IMG/VR virus record: IMGVR_UViG_3300020578_005808
Coordinates: 1-64,000 of that record
Direction: 5' to 3' (one strand)
Length of the DNA: 64,000 nucleotides
Origin: a virus
Lineage: Duplodnaviria; Caudoviricetes
A program made the position numbers and the translations under genes. Position 1 is the stretch's first letter. The number at the start of each line of letters is the position of its first letter. Positions 16,120-25,136 of the stretch are shown here, piece after piece. The notes beneath the pieces are model-generated. The model made no database searches, was not told the origin of the DNA, and worked only from the letters and a program-made list of their open reading frames with translations.

Positions 16120-17855
16120 TGAAATTATCAGATATTGTTATAAATTTTCTTCAAGAAAAAAACATCGACACAGCCTTCACCGTATCTGGTGGAGGTTGTA
16201 TTCATTTGATAGACTCTCTTAGGAAGTCTAAACTATCTACATTTTGCGTTCACCATGAGCAAGCCGCACTAATGGCAAGTGAAGGCTACTTTAGGATGAA
16301 TAATAAAATGGCTGCCAATATTGTAACAACTGGACCGGGCGGCACAAACACTGTCACTGGCTTGCTTGGACTTTGGCTAGACAGCATACCATCAATTATT
16401 ATTTCTGGGCAAGTGCAGAAAAGCCAACTCTCTTCTGGCACCGGATGCCGCCAAATTGGAGATCAAGAGTTTGATATCACAAGCGTTGTTAAGCCAATGG
16501 TCAAATACGCTACTATGATTGTAGACCCTCAATCAATAGTAAAAGAATTAAATAAAGCTTATAATATTGCTTTGTCTGGCCGTCCGGGTCCAGTTTGGAT
16601 AGACATCCCATTAGATATGCAGGGATGCGATGTCAATTTAGAATTACTTTATCCCAATGAAGAGATTCAGACTACTCCAAAAGCCACTTCAAAACAATTA
16701 CTTGAGCTAGAGCAACTTCTCAGCAAATCAAAAAAGCCTCTTGCTATAGTTGGCAATGGAGTCAGACTTTCTGATTCTTATGATGAATTAAATAAGTTTC
16801 TAATTAAAAATGGAATCCCTGTTGTAACTGGACCTCATTCAGGGGTGGATTGCGTAGATAATACTTACGAATACTACTGCGGAAGAATCGGAATCTTGGG
16901 TCAACTTACTTCAAATCAAATAGTTCAACAAGCTGATCTTTTAATTTGCCTTGGATCAAGGCTTCCATTTAAGATGACAGGCTATAATATACCTGAATTT
17001 TCTCCAAATTCTAAAAAGGTTATTATTGATATAGATGGGTTTGAAATTAAAAAGCATAAATTTCAAGTAGATTTGCCAATTGTGTCAGACTTAAAGTTCT
17101 GCCTAAAAGAAATGAATACTTTTGATACAAACAAAAACTATTCCTCATGGCAGAAAAAGGTAAAATCTATTAGAAGGCATCAAAAGAATTTTCATCCAAA
17201 ACACAAAAATCTAAAAGACCATGCAAGCTTTTATTATTTAATTAGTAAGGCTCCTAAGTTTTTTGATAATGCACCAATTGTAACAAGCAACGGAACCGCC
17301 CACGTTATAACCCTTCAAACTTATAAATTAAATAAAAACCAAAGACTATTTACAAATGTTGGTTGCGCAAGTATGGGTTATGGCCTTCCGGCAGCAATTG
17401 GAGCTTGCATTGCAAATGATAAAAAACCAGTGATTTGCGTAGAAGGAGACGGCAGCATCATGATGAATCTCCAAGAGTTACAGACCATTAAAACATATAA
17501 TCTTCCTGTAAAAATCGTGCTGATTAATAACGACGGATATCTATCAATTAAACTATCTCAGGAATCATTTTTTAAAGGTCAAGAATTTGCCAGCGGCCCA
17601 TCTAATGGGGTTACCGTACCAGAATTTAAAAAGATAGCAAAAGCTTTTGGCATTCCATATCTTTCTATATCTAAGAATGGCCAAATAAATAACAATCTTA
17701 AAAAGATGATGAATTCATCTGGGCCAACTTTTGTTGAAGTATTTACTCACCCCAAAGAGCGGCATGAACCAAAAGTCACACACAAGGGAATCGACGCTAA
17801 TGGTAAAATCATACCCGGAACTTTGACAGATATGTTTATTTCTGATTCATTTTGA
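16119..17855 (+). CDS. ThDP-dependent enzyme, acetolactate synthase/YerE-like
   Basis: HHEQAALMASEGY, TTGPGGTN, GRPGPVWIDIPLD, GDGSIMMNLQEL...NN ThDP motif. Confidence 0.92.
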   Translation: MKLSDIVINFLQEKNIDTAFTVSGGGCIHLIDSLRKSKLSTFCVHHEQAALMASEGYFRMNNKMAANIVTTGPGGTNTVTGLLGLWLDSIPSIIISGQVQKSQLSSGTGCRQIGDQEFDITSVVKPMVKYATMIVDPQSIVKELNKAYNIALSGRPGPVWIDIPLDMQGCDVNLELLYPNEEIQTTPKATSKQLLELEQLLSKSKKPLAIVGNGVRLSDSYDELNKFLIKNGIPVVTGPHSGVDCVDNTYEYYCGRIGILGQLTSNQIVQQADLLICLGSRLPFKMTGYNIPEFSPNSKKVIIDIDGFEIKKHKFQVDLPIVSDLKFCLKEMNTFDTNKNYSSWQKKVKSIRRHQKNFHPKHKNLKDHASFYYLISKAPKFFDNAPIVTSNGTAHVITLQTYKLNKNQRLFTNVGCASMGYGLPAAIGACIANDKKPVICVEGDGSIMMNLQELQTIKTYNLPVKIVLINNDGYLSIKLSQESFFKGQEFASGPSNGVTVPEFKKIAKAFGIPYLSISKNGQINNNLKKMMNSSGPTFVEVFTHPKERHEPKVTHKGIDANGKIIPGTLTDMFISDSF

Positions 17856-17856
17856 T

Positions 17857-18489
17857 ATGAATGTATTTCTTACTGGAGCTAGTGGCGGAATAGGACAAGA
17901 GATTAAGTCTGTTTTAGCAGGAGACGGTGTCAATGTTATATCTTATTCTTCAAAAGAAATGGACCTTTCTGGAGATTACGATGTTTCTAATATTCCAACG
18001 CTTGATGGATTTATCCATGCGGCTGGCATAAATTCTTTGGCTTTCCACAACAGATTAAACCAAAATGAATTATTAAAACTCTTTAATATCAATGTTTTTA
18101 GCTTTGTGAATTTATGTTCTAAATTAAAATTTAATGATTGCGCGAACATTATAGCCATAGGATCTTTTTACGCAGAAAATACCAAAGAAAGCAGAATTCA
18201 ATATTCTATGTCAAAGCACGCTTTATTTGCTGCCGTGAAAACTATAGCTTTAGAAAAATCGCAAAATCTTATTAAAGTAAATATGGTCTCTCCGGGATTT
18301 GTAGATACAGCATTGACTAGGAAAAATAACTCAAGCGAAAGAATAAAAGACCTTCAATCAAACATACCACTAGGATTAGCGGAGCCAATTCATATTGCAA
18401 ATATGTGTTCTTATCTGATAAATAAAAATCATGGAATTACCGGCCAAAACATGCTAATAGATTGTGGGTACTCTTTAAAACACCTATGA
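17857..18489 (+). CDS. Short-chain dehydrogenase/reductase
   Basis: TGASGGIG, HAAGIN, YSMSK (YxxxK), VNMVSPGFVDT. Confidence 0.92.
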   Translation: MNVFLTGASGGIGQEIKSVLAGDGVNVISYSSKEMDLSGDYDVSNIPTLDGFIHAAGINSLAFHNRLNQNELLKLFNINVFSFVNLCSKLKFNDCANIIAIGSFYAENTKESRIQYSMSKHALFAAVKTIALEKSQNLIKVNMVSPGFVDTALTRKNNSSERIKDLQSNIPLGLAEPIHIANMCSYLINKNHGITGQNMLIDCGYSLKHL

Positions 18490-19511
18490 ACCATTCTTTT
18501 TCTATCAATGGCAAAACTTTTTCATGCTCTGATGAGGAGCTAGACCAACTAGAGATACAGTCACATCCTAGAAAATATTCTGTTTATTTTGACAAGTTCA
18601 ATAAAAACTTTCCTGAAAAGAGTGTTGTTCTTGCAGACCAGAAAGTAAAAAACCTATATAATATTAATCACCATACTGTAATATCTATAGAATCAATAGA
18701 AGAAAACAAAAATATAAAAACCGTTCTTGAAGTATGCGATACTTTGATGCGCGTTAATTTTGACAAGTCTTGGACTCTGTACGCTATTGGTGGCGGCATA
18801 ATTCAAGACATAGCAGCGTTTACATCTAAGATTTTTAAGAGAGGAATTGATTGGGTATTTGTTCCTACTACATTGCTATCTCAATGCGATAGCTGTATAG
18901 GCGGTAAAACTGCTCTTAATTTTAACCAATATAAAAATCAATTGGCTTTGTATTCAGCCCCGAAGAGCGTTATCATCGATGTTGATTTTTTGCAAAGCCT
19001 GTCTTTTCAAGATATAGTTTCTGGATATGGAGAAATTGTAAAGCTGTTTTTGATTGGTGGAGATTTTTATATTGAGAATCTGCATTCTTTTTCTTTAAAG
19101 CAGGCGATTTTTCATTCATTAATGATAAAAAAAGCTGTCGTAGAATTTGATGAGTTCGAAAATTTAGAAAGAAAGTCTTTAAACTATGGCCATTCTTTCG
19201 GTCACGCAATAGAATCTGCCGCGAACTACAGCATCCCACATGGAGAGGCTGTGCTACTTGGTATTGAAATAATCAATAAGCTATTCACAAACTCAAAAGA
19301 CATATCAAATATAATATCTAGATATACAAGTTTAAACAAAATCAAGCATTTAGATTCTTTTAAATTAATCAATAGCCTAAAGACAGACAAAAAGATATCA
19401 GGAGGCAGAATATCTTTTGTCGTTGTTGATGACCCGGGAAATACTATTTTTCTAGATAGTCCTATAGATGAAAAATTAGAGCGCAAAATTCATGACATAC
19501 TTACTAATTGA
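18486..19511 (+). CDS. 3-dehydroquinate synthase-like sugar-phosphate cyclase
   Basis: GGGIIQD, PTTLLSQCDSCIGGKT, DEFENLERKSLNYGHSFGHAIE, HGEAV; start placed at ATG 18486 (ATGA overlap with SDR). Confidence 0.88.
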   Translation: MNHSFSINGKTFSCSDEELDQLEIQSHPRKYSVYFDKFNKNFPEKSVVLADQKVKNLYNINHHTVISIESIEENKNIKTVLEVCDTLMRVNFDKSWTLYAIGGGIIQDIAAFTSKIFKRGIDWVFVPTTLLSQCDSCIGGKTALNFNQYKNQLALYSAPKSVIIDVDFLQSLSFQDIVSGYGEIVKLFLIGGDFYIENLHSFSLKQAIFHSLMIKKAVVEFDEFENLERKSLNYGHSFGHAIESAANYSIPHGEAVLLGIEIINKLFTNSKDISNIISRYTSLNKIKHLDSFKLINSLKTDKKISGGRISFVVVDDPGNTIFLDSPIDEKLERKIHDILTN

Positions 19512-20439
19512 TTTTGGAGCTTCATTTATTAAAGTTGCGTCTTATGATAATGTTTCTAAGAAAATAAAAAACCTAGAAACAACAAACTCTCCTTTCCAAA
19601 ATAAATATCAAGTCAAGGCAACCGAAATAGAAAATATATTAAAAAATATAGTAGAAAGAAATTCTCCAGCGGATGGAATTCTTTGCTGCTCAATCCTAGG
19701 AGGATCTTATCACGGGCAATGCTACCACTCATGGAAAGATAATCCTTATAAAGAACATCAATCTTGCGTCATAAGCGGAGTATTTTACGATAGCCCAAAC
19801 TATCACGTTCACTCTCATTTTTCTAAAAACGGAACTAAAGACCTGAAAGTTTTAGGCCATATAAATAGCATTCCAGTTTTTACATGTTTAGGAGATACCA
19901 ATTGCGTAATTGAGTCTTTGCCTCTAGATGATAAAAATCTATGCATCAATATTGGCACTGGATCTCAAGTTATATATCTGAAAGACAACGAAGTCCAAAC
20001 CCATAAATTCATTCCGGCAGGAAGGGCGCTTTTAACTTTTAAGAATTTCTTTGATTCAATTGGAGTTGATTTTTTTAAGTTATTAAATGAAACATCTTTT
20101 GAAGATGTAATAAATTCTAATCTAAAAGTAGACCTAAATGTTTTCAAGCAATCCCACCAATATAATGGAGGAGGCAGTATACTTAGGATAAACGAAGAAA
20201 GTTTTTCTGCTAATAATTTAACTGGATCTATTTTAAAAAACTTAGTGCTTCAATATGAAAAATATATTGCCAGCTCCGGAAAGCGAAAAATATTACTAAG
20301 CGGTGGAATTCCTAAGAAAATTAAAATTTTACCAGATTTATTTAGACATTTTTATCCCTGCTTTGAAGTTTCCCTTTTGTCTGGCGACATAGAAGCTACC
20401 CATATCGGCCTAGCTAAATACATAAATAAATATTTATGA
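19492..20439 (+). CDS. FGGY/ASKHA carbohydrate kinase (sedoheptulokinase-like)
   Basis: LIDFGASFIK, LGDTNC, INIGTGSQV, LSGG motifs. Confidence 0.7.
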   Translation: MTYLLIDFGASFIKVASYDNVSKKIKNLETTNSPFQNKYQVKATEIENILKNIVERNSPADGILCCSILGGSYHGQCYHSWKDNPYKEHQSCVISGVFYDSPNYHVHSHFSKNGTKDLKVLGHINSIPVFTCLGDTNCVIESLPLDDKNLCINIGTGSQVIYLKDNEVQTHKFIPAGRALLTFKNFFDSIGVDFFKLLNETSFEDVINSNLKVDLNVFKQSHQYNGGGSILRINEESFSANNLTGSILKNLVLQYEKYIASSGKRKILLSGGIPKKIKILPDLFRHFYPCFEVSLLSGDIEATHIGLAKYINKYL

Positions 20440-21206
20440 GAATTTTAATTACCGGATCTAATGGATACATAGCAAAAGCAATTATTAAATGTTTAAAACA
20501 AGAACATTCTATAACGTGCTTATCTAGAGCCGAAGCGGATCTTACTTCTATTGATAAAGTTAATGCTTTTTTTGATAAGCATGAATCTTTCGATGCATTG
20601 ATACATACGGCTATAACCGGCGGCAGAAGATTAAAATCCGAAAATGGAGACACTATAGATCAAAACATTAAAATGTATTATAATCTGCTAGAAAATAAAA
20701 ACAGTTTTGAAAGATTTATCTCTTTTGGATCCGGAGCAGAGCTATTAGCTTTAGATACGCCTTATGGAATAAGCAAAAGACTCATAGCTGATTCTATGAA
20801 GTTCAAGGATAAGTTTACTAATTTAAGAATATTTGGTTGCTTTGATCATAATGAATTAGACAATAGATTTATCAAAGGGAACATATTACGATATATAAAT
20901 AAAGAGCCAATACAAATATATGAAAACAAGAAAATGGACTTCTTCTTCATGGATGATTTGATTTCTTTAGTCAAATATTGTTTAGTTCACGACTCCCCAC
21001 CTAAAGAAATTAACTGCTCATATAAAGAAAAATATTCCCTGCATCAAATAGCCGAAATAATAAATCGTTTGGGCGCTCATAATGTTTCTATTTTTTCAAA
21101 TAATTTATCTGGCAAAGATTATATTGGCGAGTCCAATTTGCCGATTGAACACATTGGGCTGGAAAAAGGTATTAGATCTGTTTATAATAAATTAGTTAAT
21201 TCATAA
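20436..21206 (+). CDS. NAD-dependent epimerase/dehydratase (extended SDR)
   Basis: ITGSNGYIA, SFGSGAE, PYGISKR, NLRIFG. Confidence 0.88.
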   Translation: MRILITGSNGYIAKAIIKCLKQEHSITCLSRAEADLTSIDKVNAFFDKHESFDALIHTAITGGRRLKSENGDTIDQNIKMYYNLLENKNSFERFISFGSGAELLALDTPYGISKRLIADSMKFKDKFTNLRIFGCFDHNELDNRFIKGNILRYINKEPIQIYENKKMDFFFMDDLISLVKYCLVHDSPPKEINCSYKEKYSLHQIAEIINRLGAHNVSIFSNNLSGKDYIGESNLPIEHIGLEKGIRSVYNKLVNS

Positions 21207-21258
21207 AAAAATATGTTTTCCGCAGATGTTTTCTGTAACGTTTAAATAAAATATAATT

Positions 21259-22167
21259 ATGATATTTGAAGCTTCAATGTTTTTTCAAGAGAATGATCTT
21301 TTAGAAATTAAATTAAACCAACACTGGGAATTTGTTGATAAATTTATAATTGTTGAAGCTGGAGAAACACACACAGGAATCAAAAAGAACTTTTTATTTA
21401 ATCACCAAAGATTCAAGAAATACTCTGACAAAATAGTATATAAGTCTTTTAATTCTTTTCAAGAGATTTACGATTTGTATCCAAACATAATCTCTAAACA
21501 TATTTATAAAACCGTAAGTTCGCAGCCTCATCTTAATTTAAATGACTGGATAAGAGACCATCTGCAAGCCGAATATTTGACTGTAGCTTTATTGGAGCAG
21601 CAACCGAAAGATTCAGATATTGTTTTATTTACATGTCTAGATGAAGTATTAAATGAATACGCTTTCTCAGAGGCTAAAAATATTTTTTCAGAAAATAAAA
21701 CCTATAACCTTTATTCTCATTTAGAAAAAAGATATATCACTAATTCTTGCGACTATGCTCCCGTATTTGGATTCGACTTAGATATGTATGTTTATAAATT
21801 AAATCTATTTAGTAAGAAAACCCCAGTCGGCTGCATGACGCTGTTTTCTAATTTAAATAAAATTAAGCACACTGAACTTAGATATTTTTCTCTATCTACC
21901 CATCATCCAATAGAAAACGCCGGATGGCACTTTACTTTTTTAGATGATACTAGAGGCGAAAAAGCTTTAAAAAAATATAAAAGCTGGGCGCACTCAAGAG
22001 ACGGAGGGCATGATGTATCTTATTTTGATATTAATACTCCTTTAGAAGCGGAGCGAAGAGTGTTATCAGATTACAATACTCAAATGGTTCAAATATCTTC
22101 TAAAACTCACCCTGAATGGCTAATGAATAATCTATCCAAATATTCTAGCTATATTTATTCTACTTGA
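21259..22167 (+). CDS. GT17-like glycosyltransferase
   Basis: FFQENDLLEIKL..VDKFIIVEAGETHTG, LDEV, AGWHFTF. Confidence 0.8.
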   Translation: MIFEASMFFQENDLLEIKLNQHWEFVDKFIIVEAGETHTGIKKNFLFNHQRFKKYSDKIVYKSFNSFQEIYDLYPNIISKHIYKTVSSQPHLNLNDWIRDHLQAEYLTVALLEQQPKDSDIVLFTCLDEVLNEYAFSEAKNIFSENKTYNLYSHLEKRYITNSCDYAPVFGFDLDMYVYKLNLFSKKTPVGCMTLFSNLNKIKHTELRYFSLSTHHPIENAGWHFTFLDDTRGEKALKKYKSWAHSRDGGHDVSYFDINTPLEAERRVLSDYNTQMVQISSKTHPEWLMNNLSKYSSYIYST

Positions 22168-22178
22168 ATATAATCAAT

Positions 22179-23240
22179 ATGAAAAAAATTCTTATCACTG
22201 GTATTTTAGGTCAGGATGGAGCAAACATGGCTGAATATTTGCTCCAGAATACTGAGTATTTAATTTTTGGCATGATGCGAAGAAGTTCTAATCCTAATTT
22301 TAAAAACTGCGAAAAGTTTTATAATAATTCCAGATTTCAATTCGTTTATGGAGATTTAACGGATAGCGTTAGCATCGATTCTCTTGTTTCAAATATCCAG
22401 CCAGATTATCTTATTAATTTTGGAGCCCAAAGTTTTGTGGGATGTAGTTGGGATATGCCTTTGCAAACTTTTGAGGTTAATGCTACTGGAGTTTTAAAAT
22501 GCTTAGAAGCAATTAGAAAAAATAAACCAAGTTGTCGATTTTATTCAGCTGGATCATCGGAAGAGTTTGGGGATGTTTTAACTATACCTCAAGATATTAA
22601 TCATCCGCTACGACCAAGGAGTCCATATGGAGCTTCTAAAGCTGCTGCGAGAAGCATAGTAAAAGTATATAGAGAATCGTATGGTTTATATGCTGTACAT
22701 GGAATATTATTTAATCACGAAGGAACAAAACGAGGAGAAGAGTTTGTTACAAGAAAAATAACGAAAGGAGTAGCTAGAATAGTAAAATCTCTTAAAGAAA
22801 ATACACCTTTTTCTCCAATCGAATTAGGAAATTTGGAGTCTAAAAGAGATTGGTCCGATAGTGAAGATTTTGTAGACGGAGTTTGGAAAATGCTTAATCA
22901 AGAAAAGCCAAAAGACTTTGTTCTCTCAAGCAATGAAACTCATTCAATAAGAGAATTCGTTGAACTTGCTTTTAAATACGCAAACATTGAAGGAGCATGG
23001 CACGGAAACGGAATAATGGAAGAATTCTCTTTATCGGGAGAAATGAAATCAATTTATAATTTTCAATCATCAATCCTAGTTAAAATAAATCCAAAATTTT
23101 ATAGACCAGCTGAAGTAGATTTATTAATTGGAGACTCAAATCCTGCAAGAGGAGAACTAGGATGGAGTCCAAAAGTATCATTTAATGAGCTAGTTAAAAA
23201 AATGGTTGAAAACGACATTCATCTCTTGACTAATGCTTAG
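22179..23240 (+). CDS. gmd: GDP-mannose 4,6-dehydratase
   Basis: ITGILGQDG, SSEEFG, PRSPYGASK, GILFNHE, GEEFVTRKIT, FYRPAEVDLLIGD; start placed at ATG 22179. Confidence 0.95.
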   Translation: MKKILITGILGQDGANMAEYLLQNTEYLIFGMMRRSSNPNFKNCEKFYNNSRFQFVYGDLTDSVSIDSLVSNIQPDYLINFGAQSFVGCSWDMPLQTFEVNATGVLKCLEAIRKNKPSCRFYSAGSSEEFGDVLTIPQDINHPLRPRSPYGASKAAARSIVKVYRESYGLYAVHGILFNHEGTKRGEEFVTRKITKGVARIVKSLKENTPFSPIELGNLESKRDWSDSEDFVDGVWKMLNQEKPKDFVLSSNETHSIREFVELAFKYANIEGAWHGNGIMEEFSLSGEMKSIYNFQSSILVKINPKFYRPAEVDLLIGDSNPARGELGWSPKVSFNELVKKMVENDIHLLTNA

Positions 23241-23255
23241 GTCTATCAATACTTT
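23226..23255 (+). promoter_or_regulatory. sigma70-type promoter heading the replication operon
   Basis: TTGACT within the last gmd codons; AATACT/TACTTT -10; GTG start 33 nt from the first T. Confidence 0.6.
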
Positions 23256-23258
23256 AAC

Positions 23259-23609
23259 GTGCCAGAAGGCAAAAAGCCTAGAAAATTAAGCAATCATCAA
23301 AAATTAATTATTGCATTTCTTGTAGATCATCAGAAATGTAATTGGGCTAATGAGATGAGGATAGCAAATAAACTCATCAAAGAGCATGGCTTTGAATTTT
23401 TGATATCCCTAAAAGGCAGGACTAAATTAATATCTTTAGTTTGGTTTCTTGGCGAAAACGGTAAAAAGTTCCTAAACGATATTAAAAAATATCAATCTCT
23501 TTCTTTCAAAAAAGAAACTTACCAATTAGAAGAACAGCCTGTCGCCCCACCAGTCGAGATAGAAAAAAAGCCTAAAACAGTTCAAGAATTTTTAAACCTA
23601 TTTAAATAA
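23259..23609 (+). CDS. Hypothetical protein
   Basis: 116-aa ORF, GTG start, coupled to recA. Confidence 0.7.
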   Translation: MPEGKKPRKLSNHQKLIIAFLVDHQKCNWANEMRIANKLIKEHGFEFLISLKGRTKLISLVWFLGENGKKFLNDIKKYQSLSFKKETYQLEEQPVAPPVEIEKKPKTVQEFLNLFK

Positions 23610-23610
23610 T

Positions 23611-24723
23611 ATGGCAAGACCTAAAAAAGAATCTACCGAATCTACGGCAATCGAGTCTAAAAACAAACTTAAAGTTTTAGATGAAATTTTAAATCAAAAC
23701 AAAGACTACCATTATGCTTTTGACAATAATATAGACTATGTCGTTAGCAGCGGCAGCCTTACTATGGACATAGAAATGGGCGGAGGCATTCACCCCGGAA
23801 TTGTTCGATCCTCTGGAATCACAGAGGGAGGGAAAACAAGCAACGCTCTTTCTTTTGCGAAAAACTTTCAGATTCTTCATCCAGAAAAGGGTTGTGTGAT
23901 ATATGTAAAGTCAGAAGGAAGATTAAGCGAAGAAATGGTCAAGAGATCTGGAGTTGATACTGATCCAGAAAAATGGAGAGTTATTCCTACAAACGATTAT
24001 GAATTTGTTATTGATAAGATGAGAAGACTTATCAAAGATAACGACGACGGGAATATCTACTTCTTTATTTTAGACAGTTTAGATGCTTTAGTACCTCGCA
24101 ATGATTTAGCAAAATCAGCAACTGAAGCTAATAAAACTGCAGGTGCAGCTTTGCTTACCGCAGATCTTTTAAGGAAGATGGCCGCTGCATTTTCAGCAAG
24201 AGGGCATATTTGTTTTATTATATCTCAAGTAAGATCTTCTATTAAGATAAATCCTTATGAGAAAGGAGATCCAAAAGTTACCAACGCAAGCGGTGGAAAT
24301 GCAGCTCTTCATTATTCTGATTGGATTTTAGAGTTTCAGCAAAGGTGGAATAAAGATCTAATTTACGCTACGGCAAAACAGGATGGCAATCCTGTTGGTC
24401 ATTGGTGCAAGGTTATCTTTAGGAAAACTCCAAATGAAAAATCAGGAAGAGAAATTCGATATCCTATTAAATATGGAAGAACGAATGGATCTAGTATTTG
24501 GATAGAATACGAAGTTGTAGACCAATTATTGGCTTGGGAGTTCGCTCACGCTAAGGGAGCTTGGATTACTATAACTGACGAACTAATTAAAGAGTTGTCT
24601 GATAATGGTTTAGAAATGCCGAAGCAACATCAGGGAGAAGCAAATCTAAAAAACTTCCTCGAAGAAAATCAAACCATCACCAAATATCTCTTTAATAAGT
24701 TTATCAGTGTTTTAAAGAAATGA
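23611..24723 (+). CDS. recA: RecA/UvsX-like recombinase
   Basis: SSGSLTMDIEMGGG, Walker A GITEGGKT, Walker B FILDSLDAL, ISQVR, GGNAALHYS. Confidence 0.92.
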   Translation: MARPKKESTESTAIESKNKLKVLDEILNQNKDYHYAFDNNIDYVVSSGSLTMDIEMGGGIHPGIVRSSGITEGGKTSNALSFAKNFQILHPEKGCVIYVKSEGRLSEEMVKRSGVDTDPEKWRVIPTNDYEFVIDKMRRLIKDNDDGNIYFFILDSLDALVPRNDLAKSATEANKTAGAALLTADLLRKMAAAFSARGHICFIISQVRSSIKINPYEKGDPKVTNASGGNAALHYSDWILEFQQRWNKDLIYATAKQDGNPVGHWCKVIFRKTPNEKSGREIRYPIKYGRTNGSSIWIEYEVVDQLLAWEFAHAKGAWITITDELIKELSDNGLEMPKQHQGEANLKNFLEENQTITKYLFNKFISVLKK

Positions 24724-25136
24724 AGCTATACAACATTTATGGAAAAGTTGTAAGTAAAAATGTCTCTGACTATTTAATAGAGTGGGAAGGGAAATCTAGA
24801 TCTAAAATCCAATACAAAGTAAAACAATTTCTAAAACAATATTGGAAAAATCATATTGTTTATGAAGAGTTTCCTGTATTCGGCAGCAAGTTAAAAGTTG
24901 ACATTTTAAATGCAACTCGCAAGATTGCTGTGGAAGTTCATGGTCCACAGCACTCTTCTTTCAATAAATTTTTCCATGGAGAATCTCGGCTTAATTATTT
25001 AAAATCAATTAAAAGAGACGTAGCAAAAGAAAAGTGGCTTGTTTTAAATCAATTTACTCTGATTGAAATCTATCACGATGAAGTTGATAAAATAAGTGAC
25101 AAAACGATCAAAGAGAGATATAATATTATTTTATAA
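24720..25136 (+). CDS. PD-(D/E)XK endonuclease (DUF559/Vsr-like)
   Basis: YEEFPV...KVDIL...IAVEVHGPQH, RD..KEKW. Confidence 0.75.
   Translation: MKLYNIYGKVVSKNVSDYLIEWEGKSRSKIQYKVKQFLKQYWKNHIVYEEFPVFGSKLKVDILNATRKIAVEVHGPQHSSFNKFFHGESRLNYLKSIKRDVAKEKWLVLNQFTLIEIYHDEVDKISDKTIKERYNIIL

Noticed and set aside
18486-19511. Calling the cyclase aroB (shikimate AMG) or an EEVS/mycosporine synthase
   Set aside because: No other shikimate genes and no EEVS/DDGS signature; the context is sugar biosynthesis, so no gene symbol was assigned
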